DNA from: Gammaproteobacteria bacterium
Lineage (GTDB): Bacteria > Pseudomonadota > Gammaproteobacteria > Eutrophobiales > Eutrophobiaceae
Reading direction: 5' to 3'
NCBI GenBank assembly: GCA_011772965.1
Contig: WVYN01000014.1
Coordinates: 161,002 to 225,001 of the forward strand
Length of the DNA stretch: 64,000 nt
A program made the translations under genes and the position numbers. The notes under the pieces are model-generated. The model ran no database searches. It had not been told where the DNA came from and saw only the letters and a program-made list of their open reading frames with translations. This document shows, piece after piece, positions 38,263 through 48,166 of this stretch. Within the stretch, counting starts at the first letter, position 1; the number at the start of each line of letters is the position of its first letter.

Positions 38263-40386
38263 ATGAATCTGAAAAAAACACCATTACTGGCAAATACAGT
38301 TCTGTGCATTCTCGAGAGTCTGCTGGCTGCGGCCATTGGTACTGTATTCCTGGTGTGTCTCGTCCTGTTGCTGTCTGGTATTGCCAGTGCCAATACCAGG
38401 GAAGGTATGACAGCGATGGACACCCTCAGCATCAGGGACATGGGAAACGTCACCCGTGGAAGTCTGTTGTTTCACAACAATAAGGATTATCAACTTGCCC
38501 CGACATTACATACAGATGTTGATATGAGTATCACGGGCATGATCGCCCGGGTCAAGCTGGCACAACGGTTTCATAATCCCGACACGGTCTGGCAGGAAGG
38601 CATTTATGTCTTTCCCTTGCCCGAGAATGCGGCGGTAGATCACCTGCGCATGAGGATAGGCAAAAGAGTGATAGAGGGGCAGATACGAGAACGTGAAACT
38701 GCAAAAAAAGAATATCAAAAGGCACGTGATAATGGTCAGAAAGCAAGCCTTGTGGAACAGGAACGCCCGAATATTTTTACGACTTCTGTTGCCAATATTG
38801 GTCCCGGTGAGGAGATAATCATTGAAATTGAATACCAGCAGACAGTTCGTTATGACTCAGGTGAGTTCCGCCTCAGGTTCCCGATGGTTGTTGCGCCGAG
38901 ATATATTCCGGGCAGTACAGTTGTTCAAGGCTTTTCAGGATCAGGTTGGGCAGTTAATACTGATCAGGTGCGGGATGCCGAACGCATTACCCCGCCTGTG
39001 ACAAAACCCGGTGAGACAGCAGTTAATCCGGTGATGATCGACATCCACCTGGACGCGGGCTTTCCCCTGGAGCATATCACCAGTTCCCATCATAACATCC
39101 GGATAGATCAGCAGGACGCATCAACGTATTCCATTCAACTGGAGCATGTAACCATGGCCGACAGAGATTTCGAACTTTACTGGCAACCCGAAAAGAAAGA
39201 TGCCCCACAGGCAGCATTCTTCAGGGAACGAAAACACAACATGGATTATGGATTGATCATGATGCTGCCACCCTTACAGCAAAGTGGTCAGGTGCTCAAT
39301 CGTGAGGTGGTGTTTGTGATTGATACCTCTGGTTCCATGGGTGGTCAGTCCATTATACAAGCGAGATCGGCATTAAAGATGGCTCTTGAACGCCTTAAAC
39401 CCGGCGACAGTTTCAACATTATCGAATTCAATTCACATACAGATCAGTTGTTCGAATGGCCGCGATTGGTAAATCATCAATCTTTAAGACAGGCAAAGCA
39501 ATATGTAACTGGTCTGGATGTCAGTGGCGGTACAGAAATGTTACCGGCTCTGAAACTGGCATTGAATGATAACAATAATACATCTTCGGTCAGGCAGGTA
39601 ATTTTCCTGACAGATGGCAGCATTGGCAATGAAGCCGCCCTGTTTAACACCATCACCCGGAAACTGGGCAGGAGCCGGCTATTTACAATCGGGATTGGTT
39701 CTGCACCAAATTCACATTTCATGACCAGGGCTGCACGCTTTGGCCGGGGTACCTACACATACATCGGCAAGGTCAGCGAGGTCGAAACAAAAATGTCGAC
39801 ATTATTTGGCAAACTGGAAAGCCCTGTTCTTACCAACATCCACATAGACTGGGGCGATGCCACAGACCTGGAAGCCTGGCCAAAGTACATTCCCGATCTC
39901 TATCTGGGCGAACCCCTGCTGGTAAGTGTCTCCGCTTCATCACTGCCGGAAAGGATTCGGTTAACAGGCAGCGTCTCCGGTTCACTCTGGAAAACCAGCA
40001 TGCAATTAAAAGGCCATGGTGAACATGAAGGCATCCACGCCCTTTGGGCCCGAAAAAAAATTGCGGCTTTGATGGACCTGCTCAATCAGGCAAAAGAGGA
40101 AAACAACCTTAAACAGCAAGTTATAGAGACTGCATTACGACATCACCTGGTGAGCCGGTTTACCAGCCTCATTGCTGTTGACGTTACCCCGTCGCGCATC
40201 AAGGAGGATTTACTGAGGATATCTGCCCTGCCGGTCAACCTTCCGTCCGGCTGGCAATATGAAAAAGTATTCGGTCAGTTGCCGCAGACCGCAACAGATG
40301 CGGAACTGAAAATCCTGATAGGCACGCTGCTGCTGTTAATCAGTGTGTTTCTTGTGATGAGCCGGCGTTATGTTTATCCCGACTGA
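38263..40386 (+). CDS. Sortase target protein: VIT domain plus von Willebrand factor A domain, with a C-terminal LPQTA sorting signal, TM helix and basic tail
   Basis: The VWA MIDAS motif is DTSGSMGG. The C-terminus reads LPQTATDAELKILIGTLLLLISVFLVMSRRYVYPD. The protein is 707 aa. Confidence 0.75.
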   Translation: MNLKKTPLLANTVLCILESLLAAAIGTVFLVCLVLLLSGIASANTREGMTAMDTLSIRDMGNVTRGSLLFHNNKDYQLAPTLHTDVDMSITGMIARVKLAQRFHNPDTVWQEGIYVFPLPENAAVDHLRMRIGKRVIEGQIRERETAKKEYQKARDNGQKASLVEQERPNIFTTSVANIGPGEEIIIEIEYQQTVRYDSGEFRLRFPMVVAPRYIPGSTVVQGFSGSGWAVNTDQVRDAERITPPVTKPGETAVNPVMIDIHLDAGFPLEHITSSHHNIRIDQQDASTYSIQLEHVTMADRDFELYWQPEKKDAPQAAFFRERKHNMDYGLIMMLPPLQQSGQVLNREVVFVIDTSGSMGGQSIIQARSALKMALERLKPGDSFNIIEFNSHTDQLFEWPRLVNHQSLRQAKQYVTGLDVSGGTEMLPALKLALNDNNNTSSVRQVIFLTDGSIGNEAALFNTITRKLGRSRLFTIGIGSAPNSHFMTRAARFGRGTYTYIGKVSEVETKMSTLFGKLESPVLTNIHIDWGDATDLEAWPKYIPDLYLGEPLLVSVSASSLPERIRLTGSVSGSLWKTSMQLKGHGEHEGIHALWARKKIAALMDLLNQAKEENNLKQQVIETALRHHLVSRFTSLIAVDVTPSRIKEDLLRISALPVNLPSGWQYEKVFGQLPQTATDAELKILIGTLLLLISVFLVMSRRYVYPD

Positions 40387-40993
40387 AAAAATATTATTTA
40401 TTTGCTTACTCACTACTGTGACCTTTTGTGGCTTGTGGCAGGTAGGTCATGGTGCCTACATCCATGCCAAGGCAATCCTAGCGCAACTCCTCCTAGAGTC
40501 GGCATGGTCAGAAACACTGTCCGGGGCAAGGGAGGTGAAACCATGGCCCTGGGCAGATACCTGGCCAGTCAGCCGACTTGCTGCCCCACGCCTTGGGATA
40601 AGCCGCATCGTCCTGGCCGGGGCAAGTGGTGCTTCACTTGCCTTCGGTCCAGGACATCTTTTTGGTACGGCGCCCGCAGATCAAGCGGGAAACAGCGTCA
40701 TTGCCGGTCACAGGGATACACATTTTAGATTTCTGCAATACCTGACCGATGGCGATATATTGTTGCTTGAAACCAGTGAAGGAAAACAAAGACGATATCA
40801 GGTAACACTTACCCGGGTTATCCATGAAAGTGAAATCGGCTACCTGCAGCAGACCAGAGAAAATCGCCTGACGCTTATTACCTGTTTTCCCTTCAACAGC
40901 CCGGTGGCCGGTGGTGCACAACGATATATTGTCATTGCCCGGGAAATCGAGAAGGTAGATGGGATTGATTCCGGGGCAATAATTGCCATCTAG
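40370..40993 (+). CDS. Sortase (proteobacterial/marine type transpeptidase)
   Basis: It has an N-terminal TM anchor, the catalytic His in AGHRDTHF, the catalytic Cys in LTLITCFP, and a downstream Arg. It overlaps the target gene by 17 bp. Confidence 0.75.
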   Translation: MFIPTEKILFICLLTTVTFCGLWQVGHGAYIHAKAILAQLLLESAWSETLSGAREVKPWPWADTWPVSRLAAPRLGISRIVLAGASGASLAFGPGHLFGTAPADQAGNSVIAGHRDTHFRFLQYLTDGDILLLETSEGKQRRYQVTLTRVIHESEIGYLQQTRENRLTLITCFPFNSPVAGGAQRYIVIAREIEKVDGIDSGAIIAI

Positions 40994-41080
40994 ACAGAAT
41001 CTTTACAGATTTACATGAGGCAATAATTGCTGATCTGATATATTAAAGCCTGTTTTTCTCTTACGAATAAGGAGGACCAG

Positions 41081-41902
41081 ATGGAAAAACTGGGTTTAGA
41101 TAAACTGGGCATCAGTGATATTGGCATCAGCCTGCTCATAAATTTCACTACAGCAATTGCTATTCTCATCATTGGCTGGTGGATAGCTAAACTGATCCGC
41201 AAGGCGCTGGTCAAGGTCATGACCAGGAAAGAAATAGATAGTCTGTTGGTCTCATTTACCAGTAATGTGGTTTACCTGGCACTGGTTGCATTTATCTTTA
41301 TTTCTGCACTCAGCGAGCTTGGTGTTCAAACGACTTCATTCATTGCAATCATCGGCGCGGCCGGTCTGGCTATTGGTCTGTCTTTGCAGGGTTCACTGTC
41401 AAACTTTGCATCCGGTGTCATGATCATTTTCTTTCGTCCCTTCAAGGTCGGGGATTTTATCGAGGCGGGCGGAATCAGCGGTATAGTCGAAGGTATACAA
41501 ATATTCTCTACGCAAATGCGTACTGGCGATAATAAATCTATCATCATACCGAACTCAAGTATTACCAGTGGCACCATAACAAATTACTCGGCTAAATCTG
41601 AACGACGTGTAGATATGACATTCGGAATCGGTTATGACGATGACATAAGGAAAGCAAAACAGATCTTGGAGGATATTCTATCAGCAGATGATCGCATCCT
41701 GAAGGATCCGGCACCGGTCATTGCCATGGGAGCACTTGCAGACAGTAGCATTAATATTCTTGTCCGTCCCTGGGTAAAAACAGAGGATTACTGAGCGGTC
41801 TTTTGGGATCTGACTGAAAAGGTAAAACTCCGGTTCGATGAGGAAAATATCAGAATTCCGTTCCCGCAACGGGACGTACACCTGCACCAAGTTGCAGCCT
41901 GA
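41081..41902 (+). pseudogene. mscS: Small-conductance mechanosensitive channel MscS interrupted by an in-frame TGA at 41792-41794; the ORF as called ends at 41794
   Basis: The MscS TM3 and beta domain are recognisable. After the TGA the same frame continues as AVFWDLTEKVKLRFDEENIRIPFPQRDVHL, the conserved MscS C-terminus, to a stop at 41900-41902. Confidence 0.6.
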
Positions 41903-41939
41903 TTGTTAACATAACGGGAAAGCTATGTTGTCTTCCCAT

Positions 41940-42737
41940 TTATTTCTTGCCATAGAGTTCGATGTATTTTTTCGCGCGTTCCTTGCCTTGCGACAAATCA
42001 TCCCGTTCCATTTTTGATTCCATGATGGCGATATTCAACCCAGCCTGTTCTGCACCTCCGGACTCGGCCACCTTGAACCAGGCATAGGATTCCACCCAGT
42101 CGGGTTCTACTCCCTGACCTTCATGGTACATGGCACCCAGGCTGTTTTGCGCCTCTGCAAATCCCTGCTCTGCGGCTTTCCGATACCAGCTCATGGCCTC
42201 GACATAGTCCTGCTCTACACCTTTGCCCAGGAAATACATCAACCCAAGATTATTCTGTGCCCGTTTTCCACCCAGCTCTGCTGCCTTGCGCCAGTAACTT
42301 ACAGCAAGATCGATATCGCGCTTTATCCCTTCACCCCGGTAATACAGCAGCGCCATGTTTTGCATGGAGTCAATATGATTCTTTGCCACAGCCTTTTCAT
42401 ACCATGCTATAGCTGTCGGTATGTCCTTCTCGACCACAATGCCGTTTTGGTAGAACATCGCCACGTTATGTGAGGCACCTGCCGATCCCAGCTCCGCAGC
42501 GAGCCTGTATAGTTCCAGCGCCCGGGAATAATCCTGAGTGACACCTTGTCCTTCACGATACATGTTACCCAGGTAAAATTGCGCCTGCATATCACCGGCA
42601 GCAGCTAACCGGGTAAAGCCTTCCAGGGCTTTGGTATAATCACCATCGCTATAGGACTGGTAAACCTGATCAAAATCTGTGTCAGCATACAATGGGCCTG
42701 CCAGGATAAAGAAAACAATTAGCAATATTTTTTTCAT
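41940..42737 (-). CDS. Sel1-repeat protein with a signal peptide
   Basis: The signal peptide MKKILLIVFFILAGPLYA precedes about six Sel1 repeats. The start is moved to MKKIL. Confidence 0.65.
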   Translation of the reverse strand: MKKILLIVFFILAGPLYADTDFDQVYQSYSDGDYTKALEGFTRLAAAGDMQAQFYLGNMYREGQGVTQDYSRALELYRLAAELGSAGASHNVAMFYQNGIVVEKDIPTAIAWYEKAVAKNHIDSMQNMALLYYRGEGIKRDIDLAVSYWRKAAELGGKRAQNNLGLMYFLGKGVEQDYVEAMSWYRKAAEQGFAEAQNSLGAMYHEGQGVEPDWVESYAWFKVAESGGAEQAGLNIAIMESKMERDDLSQGKERAKKYIELYGKK

Positions 42738-42859
42738 AAATTGATCCCTTCTGAACTCCGATAAAGTAAAAATATCTCTGAAAATCCGAGGCATATCTGC
42801 AATAGCCCCACTTTGCAAGAATAGACATCTGTGGGCTCGGTTGTGCCGGACTATACTCT

Positions 42860-43435
42860 ATGACAGGAAATGACCTGAAAAGGTCAATGTTCACCATCCT
42901 GCGAATCGCGGAGGATATCATGAAAAGAAGACTCTATTTTGTGATCCCGGACCTGGACACCGCCCGCCAAATTGAGAAAGAGCTGCTGCTAGAACGCATT
43001 AATGATGACCAGATGCATTTTCTGGGAAAACGCGGCCTGGACCTGATGGACCTTCCCGAGGCCAATACTGCGCAAAGAACCGACATGTTGCATGGCAGCC
43101 TGATTGGTCTGGTATCCGGCGCTGCCGCCGGAACCATAATCGGCATTGTCCTTTATATGCTGAGGGACTACTTACTGCCTGTGGAATTGGGCGGTATATT
43201 GCTGATGCTTCTTATGGGCGCAATCTTTGGCGTCTGGATATCAGGCTTGTTAATCGGTACCAGTACACCTAACGTTAAGCTGGAACGTTTTCAAAACACA
43301 TTGGAAGAGGGCCACATTCTGCTGATGGCTGATATTGCAAAGGATGATGTTGATAAAATAAAACATATCATCCTGAGCCATCATCCGAATGTGCAGGATT
43401 TCGGCATGGATCCGACCATTCCCGCTTTTCCGTGA
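42860..43435 (+). CDS. Hypothetical membrane protein (two TM helices with glycine-zipper-like GxxxG runs)
   Basis: An ORF of about 170-190 aa with a plausible start at MKRRLYF (42920). Confidence 0.4.
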   Translation: MTGNDLKRSMFTILRIAEDIMKRRLYFVIPDLDTARQIEKELLLERINDDQMHFLGKRGLDLMDLPEANTAQRTDMLHGSLIGLVSGAAAGTIIGIVLYMLRDYLLPVELGGILLMLLMGAIFGVWISGLLIGTSTPNVKLERFQNTLEEGHILLMADIAKDDVDKIKHIILSHHPNVQDFGMDPTIPAFP

Positions 43436-43442
43436 TGATGTA

Positions 43443-44090
43443 CTAAAGCAACTGGTAAATCAGGTGCTCCAGGCCAAAGATTATCGGACCGATAATCCGG
43501 ACCAGGACACCAGTAACCAGCAGGACCACCAGGATGATCAGGCCATATGGCTCCAGCCTGGCGTATTTTTCTGCCAGATCCGGTGGCAACAGTGACGTCA
43601 TCACCCGGCCTCCGTCGAGTGGTAACAACGGCAACAGGTTCAAAACCATCAGGATTATATTGATAATGATCCCGACCTTGACCATGGTCAGGATAAAGGG
43701 CGCAACCAGGGAGGCCTCAATACCGGCTACAAAAACCAGCTTTGCAATGAAAGCCCATATGAGCATCATCACCAGATTAGCCAGTGGTCCGGCAGCAGCA
43801 ACCAGTGCCATGTCCCGCCGGGGGTGACCCAATCTCTGCCAGTTCACGGGAACAGGTTTAGCCCAGCCAAAAATAAAACCAGTGAGCATGACCATCAGCG
43901 CAGGCACCAGGATGGTCCCTACCGGATCGATGTGCCTGATTGGATTGAGAGTCAGGCGTCCTTGCAGTCTGGCCGTGGAATCACCAAGCGAATTTGCCAC
44001 CCAGCCATGTGCCACTTCGTGCACCGTAATGCCAAACAGTATCGGAATCGACCAGGCGATTACGGTTTCGATAAGTCCAAGTTCCTGCAT
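43443..44090 (-). CDS. Site-2 protease family (peptidase M50) integral membrane zinc metalloprotease
   Basis: The HExxH motif HEVAHGWVA lies in the first TM helix. The protein is a polytopic membrane protein of 215 aa. Confidence 0.7.
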   Translation of the reverse strand: MQELGLIETVIAWSIPILFGITVHEVAHGWVANSLGDSTARLQGRLTLNPIRHIDPVGTILVPALMVMLTGFIFGWAKPVPVNWQRLGHPRRDMALVAAAGPLANLVMMLIWAFIAKLVFVAGIEASLVAPFILTMVKVGIIINIILMVLNLLPLLPLDGGRVMTSLLPPDLAEKYARLEPYGLIILVVLLVTGVLVRIIGPIIFGLEHLIYQLL

Positions 44091-44365
44091 AAAATATTAA
44101 TCCAGTCGTTGTCTAGCGATTCGTTGCCCGTGCTTTTCCTTCTTACGGTAATATGAGGGCGCACGGTTGATTCTCAAGAAGGTTTGCCCAAACATCTTCA
44201 GGGCAAAGTCTCTTCTACCAAGTGAATTCAGCAATAATCCGAAACTTAAATTTCAACCCAGAAACGATCTTCCCCGTGTTGACTGCATAGGGAGAGAACA
44301 GGACCTGGATGACCAGTAGCAGGATCCCGGGGAAAGGCATGGCGCCTTCCCTTTAATAAAACTGA

Positions 44366-45169
44366 TCAATCGGCTTTTTTCCTTAGCGAGGCAAAATCAT
44401 GCAATGTGGTATCCGCCAGGTGAGTTGGTACAATATTCTGGATACTTGCAAAGATGGTCTCTATCCTGCCCGGAAACTTCCTGTCCCATTCCCTGAGCAT
44501 GGACTTGATGGCCTGGCGCTGTAAATTATCCTGTGAACCACACAAGGTACAGGGGATGATTGGAAATTGCTTGTATTCTGCATAAGCCTTGATGTCTTCT
44601 TCCTTGCAATAAGCCAGCGGACGGATCACAATATTATCACCATCATCACTCAATAGTTTGGGTGGCATGGCCTTGATCTTACCGCCGTAGAACATATTCA
44701 GAAACAGAGTCTCAATGATGTCATCCCGATGATGTCCCAGGGCAATTTTGGTAAACCCGTTTTTCATGGCATAGCTGTAAAGTGCACCCCGGCGTAAACG
44801 AGAGCATAAACCACACATGGTTTTGCCTTCCGGGACAACCTCCTTGACCACACTATAGGTATCCTGCTCCAGTATCTGAAAAGGTATGCCCCGTTTGGTC
44901 AAATACTCCGGCAGGACATGCTCCGGAAAACCGGGTTGTTTCTGATCGAGGTTAACCGCAACCAATTCATACTTGACCGGTGCATAACCCTGCAGACTGA
45001 CCAGGATATCGAGCATGGTGTATGAATCCGCACCACCGGACAAACAGACCATGATCCGGTCACCATCCTCAATCAGCCTGAATTCCTCGATGGCACGGCC
45101 CACGTTGCGGTGCAGGCGTTTCTGCACCTTGTTGTGATTGTAGTTCTCCTTCTTGGCGAGGGCGGTCAT
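44366..45169 (-). CDS. ttcA: tRNA 2-thiocytidine(32) synthetase TtcA
   Basis: It has the PP-loop SGGADS and the Cys clusters [10 protein letters not shown] and CTLCGSQ. It is 267 aa. Confidence 0.8.
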   Translation of the reverse strand: MTALAKKENYNHNKVQKRLHRNVGRAIEEFRLIEDGDRIMVCLSGGADSYTMLDILVSLQGYAPVKYELVAVNLDQKQPGFPEHVLPEYLTKRGIPFQILEQDTYSVVKEVVPEGKTMCGLCSRLRRGALYSYAMKNGFTKIALGHHRDDIIETLFLNMFYGGKIKAMPPKLLSDDGDNIVIRPLAYCKEEDIKAYAEYKQFPIIPCTLCGSQDNLQRQAIKSMLREWDRKFPGRIETIFASIQNIVPTHLADTTLHDFASLRKKAD

Positions 45170-45174
45170 ATGCT

Positions 45175-45579
45175 TCAGATCTTGCTCATGCTGCAGGGGT
45201 AATTCTTATTAAGCGCTTCGGTGACCAGCTTGTAGGCATCTTCCTCCAGGCGTGCCGGTTGCTGCTTTAACCAGTCGGTAGTCGTCTCGGTTACTTCCTG
45301 CAGGCTTACCTGGGTAGGGTCAATACAGAACACTCTCGGCTGTGTAGGGTCGGCCTGCTGGAAAGAGTCGACCACCTGCACCAACCCGAATATGTAACGC
45401 ATGCAATACTGGTTCGGGGCACCCGGGGCCGCGCCTTCCTCGCAGCCATCCAACAGCTCTCTGCCCGAGAGCGCCTCTTCCTCCTCAACGGCTTGCCCTT
45501 CGGGCAGTGGTTCCGCTGCAATCAGCGGCAATGAAAGGACAAGTAATAGGGCAAAATTCGTAATTTTCAGTGTTTTCAT
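45175..45579 (-). CDS. Hypothetical secreted protein with four Cys residues
   Basis: The 134-aa ORF has a signal peptide and lies 5 bp downstream of ttcA on the same strand. Confidence 0.4.
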   Translation of the reverse strand: MKTLKITNFALLLVLSLPLIAAEPLPEGQAVEEEEALSGRELLDGCEEGAAPGAPNQYCMRYIFGLVQVVDSFQQADPTQPRVFCIDPTQVSLQEVTETTTDWLKQQPARLEEDAYKLVTEALNKNYPCSMSKI

Positions 45580-45740
45580 CAGGTTTTCCAGATTATAAGT
45601 CGGTGGATTCTATCATTTGTGAATTTCCCGGAAAAACATAATTCCGACAAGAGGCGTAGATACCCGGGAACCAGTGACAAGGAAATATGACCTGTCAGAA
45701 CAATCGACTGCAACAAGTTACTGGAGTTCCAGGCAGGTAA

Positions 45741-45929
45741 TCAGCCGCGAGCAAAGACTACCAGAAGGATAATGAACAGAACGACGACCCCGATTGGGAG
45801 CAACACCCCCTGCCAGTCCGGGTTTTCAGCTTCCTTGCTTTTTTGCATGGCAACCTTGACGCCTGGCCAAAATATAAAGACCAGGATAACGGCACCAATA
45901 CCAAGTAACACCTGTTCCCACATTTGCAT
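45741..45929 (-). CDS. Small two-TM membrane protein (DUF2897-like)
   Basis: A 62-aa ORF with two hydrophobic helices. Confidence 0.35.
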   Translation of the reverse strand: MQMWEQVLLGIGAVILVFIFWPGVKVAMQKSKEAENPDWQGVLLPIGVVVLFIILLVVFARG

Positions 45930-45964
45930 AGCACTCTCTCCCGGACGTATCGTAATGTCGGAAT

Positions 45965-45987
45965 AAAAAACCCCGCCAGGGCGAGGT
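45965..45987 (-). terminator. Rho-independent terminator downstream of cspA
   Basis: On the minus strand the sequence reads CCUCGCC-CUG-GCGGGG followed by UUUUUU. Confidence 0.5.
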
Positions 45988-46012
45988 CAAGGAATACTAA
46001 GACGGGCTGCGT

Positions 46013-46219
46013 TTACTTCTCTACTTCCACATCCACAGCATGAGCTCCCTTGGGACCTGTCTCGATTTCAAAGGTTACGCTTTGTCCTTCCGACAAGGTT
46101 CGAAATCCTTCAGCCTTGATAGCAGAATAATGGACAAATACATCATCCCCTCCGCCCTCGGGTGCAATGAAACCAAAACCCTTGGACTCGTTAAACCACT
46201 TTACGACACCTTTACTCAT
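46013..46219 (-). CDS. cspA: Cold-shock protein (CspA family)
   Basis: [18 protein letters not shown] carries the RNP1 motif and VFVHYSAI carries the RNP2 motif. Confidence 0.85.
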   Translation of the reverse strand: MSKGVVKWFNESKGFGFIAPEGGGDDVFVHYSAIKAEGFRTLSEGQSVTFEIETGPKGAHAVDVEVEK

Positions 46220-46459
46220 ACTGATTCCCTCCAGGTACAAATTAATTAATGACATGCAGCTCGAGGCAGAACGGTGTAAAGATACGGCGGAACCCCAAGG
46301 GATACTTCCGATACCAGGTACAACTGACTACCCAACTACATACACTCATACAGAATAGAACAAACTTACTCTGCAGGCCAATTTTACTGCATAAAAACAC
46401 TAAAAAACGGAATCAATAGACAGAAATTCTGGTATGTCATGATTGTGTCATATTTATTT

Positions 46460-46475
46460 GCGCTCCCGGCAGGAC
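46460..46475. repeat. 16-nt direct duplication of the tRNA-Arg 3' end (GCGCTCCCGGCAGGAC) 34 nt downstream of the gene, overlapping a perfect 7-bp hairpin
   Basis: The 16-mer occurs at 46460-46475 and again at 46510-46525 inside the tRNA. The hairpin aggacgt-N10-acgtcct spans 46471-46494. Confidence 0.55.
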
Positions 46476-46507
46476 GTGATAAACCATACGTCCTCGGTGC
46501 TCGAATA

Positions 46508-46584
46508 TGGCGCTCCCGGCAGGACTCGAACCTGCAACCCTCGGGTTCGAAGCCCGATACTCTATCCAGTTGAGCTACGGAAGC
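46508..46584 (-). tRNA. tRNA-Arg (anticodon TCG)
   Basis: The cloverleaf has an acceptor stem GCUUCCG/CGGGAGC, a 7-nt anticodon loop CU-UCG-AA, the T-arm GGTTCGAGTCC and an encoded CCA. Confidence 0.75.
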
Positions 46585-46633
46585 TATGGTTTAGATACAC
46601 AGGGAAATTGTAACACCGGCAAGCTGCAGGCAC

Positions 46634-47812
46634 CTAGCGAACGGAGTGATACATGGCTTGCCTTTGACGTTTGGACATAACCAGTTGCCAGAGTTGTCCC
46701 TGTCGGGCGCGGAAAAAACCGGCACAGGAAAGCAGATAGAATTTCCACATCCTGTAAAACACCCGATCATAATTTGCTGACAGAAAATCCCAGGCCTGGT
46801 CAAATTTATTCCACCATGACATCAAGGTCTTGTCATAATCCTGACCAAAATTATGCCAGTCCTCAATCAGAAAAATCCCTTCAACCACATCCGCTATATT
46901 CCTGGCTGAAGGTAACGCGTAATTGGGAAATATATACTTGTCGATCCACGGATCAGCCCCGTGACTGGAGATATCCTTACCAATCGTATGGAGAAGAAAA
47001 AGGCCCTCGTCATTCAGAAGTTCATTAACCTTGCTAAAATAAACCGGGTAGTTCTTGAGTCCAACATGTTCGAACATACCAACCGAGACTATCTTGTCAA
47101 AGCTGCCAGTCAGGTCACGATAGTCTGTAAGTATAATATCAACGGGCAATCCCTTGCTGTGCTTTAGGGCGTACTCCTGTTGCTGTTTTGATACTGTAAT
47201 TCCAGTGACCTCAACGCCATAGTGACTGGCTGCATGTATCGCGAGTGCACCCCAGCCGCAGCCGATATCGAGAACTTTCTCGCCGGGCTTTAGCTGTAAT
47301 TTCCGGCAAATCAGGTCGACTTTGTTTTCCTGGGCCTGCTCGAGATTTTCAGCATCCTGCCAATAACCACAGGAATAGTTCAGCCCCGGATCAAGCATGG
47401 CAGTAAAGACATCATTACCGATGTCGTAATGCTGCTCACCGACCTGAAAAGCCCTGGCGGAAGATTGCAGATTAAAAAAGCGGTGTTGAATGAATTTAAG
47501 GAATAAGGGTAATCTTGACCAGCCTTTCAGTTTGTCCGGAATCCCGGCAGCAAACATCCTGGTAAACATGACATCCAGGGCGCGACAATCCCATAGGCCT
47601 TTCATATAGGCTTCGCCAAATCCAAGCGAACCCCTGGTCAACGTCATGGAGTAAACCGCAGGATCGTGGACCTGGATGTCCCAGATTGAGTCTCCATTGA
47701 ATTCCACTCCGGCCTCGGCTGCCAACTCACGCAAAGAGGCGGGTGGCTCATGCCCGTGTGAGCCATTAGATGAATTATCTGGAGATTTTTGACTGTCGAG
47801 AAATGCTCTCAA
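46634..47812 (-). CDS. cfa: Cyclopropane-fatty-acyl-phospholipid synthase
   Basis: It aligns along its length with E. coli Cfa, sharing VLDIGCGWG, VSVGMFEHVG and HNFGxDYDxTLMxW. Confidence 0.85.
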   Translation of the reverse strand: MRAFLDSQKSPDNSSNGSHGHEPPASLRELAAEAGVEFNGDSIWDIQVHDPAVYSMTLTRGSLGFGEAYMKGLWDCRALDVMFTRMFAAGIPDKLKGWSRLPLFLKFIQHRFFNLQSSARAFQVGEQHYDIGNDVFTAMLDPGLNYSCGYWQDAENLEQAQENKVDLICRKLQLKPGEKVLDIGCGWGALAIHAASHYGVEVTGITVSKQQQEYALKHSKGLPVDIILTDYRDLTGSFDKIVSVGMFEHVGLKNYPVYFSKVNELLNDEGLFLLHTIGKDISSHGADPWIDKYIFPNYALPSARNIADVVEGIFLIEDWHNFGQDYDKTLMSWWNKFDQAWDFLSANYDRVFYRMWKFYLLSCAGFFRARQGQLWQLVMSKRQRQAMYHSVR

Positions 47813-48107
47813 TCTATTACTCGCTTATGACGTCCCTCAGTATCCAACCGTCATAATTAAATACCCTAGAGCAGCTTGATGGTATTTTCAAGCCACTCCG
47901 GTTCTCTGTGAAGTAACTGTCATCGACAAAAAACCGGAGATTCTTCTTCTGGAATTTACCGTAACTTAACGAATTATCATTTGTTTTTTCTCTTCCACTG
48001 AGGTTCTTCAGGAGACCCAGAAAATACTCTTTATCATGACGTGAATCCTAAGCACTGATATATTTCGCATCACATTCAAAATGAGGATATACATGACGGT
48101 ATATTAA

Positions 48108-48154
48108 CCCGATATTAATCGGGCAAACATATAATGACCGGGTAATCACCCGGT
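48108..48154 (-). terminator. Two adjacent perfect hairpins just downstream of the 48167..48619 gene
   Basis: The palindromes CCCGATATTAATCGGG (48108-48123) and ACCGGGTAATCACCCGGT (48137-48154) lie in AT-rich flanks. Confidence 0.35.
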
Positions 48155-48166
48155 TGTTAGAGAAGG

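Noticed and set aside
41792-41794. TGA in mscS as a selenocysteine codon
   Set aside because: MscS is not a known selenoprotein, the position is a non-catalytic Q/W in homologs, and no SECIS-like hairpin directly follows. Nonsense mutation or sequencing error is far more likely.
45965-46015. Possible prophage or IS remnant between cspA and the small membrane protein
   Set aside because: Only a terminator hairpin is present, with no integrase or transposase similarity in any frame.
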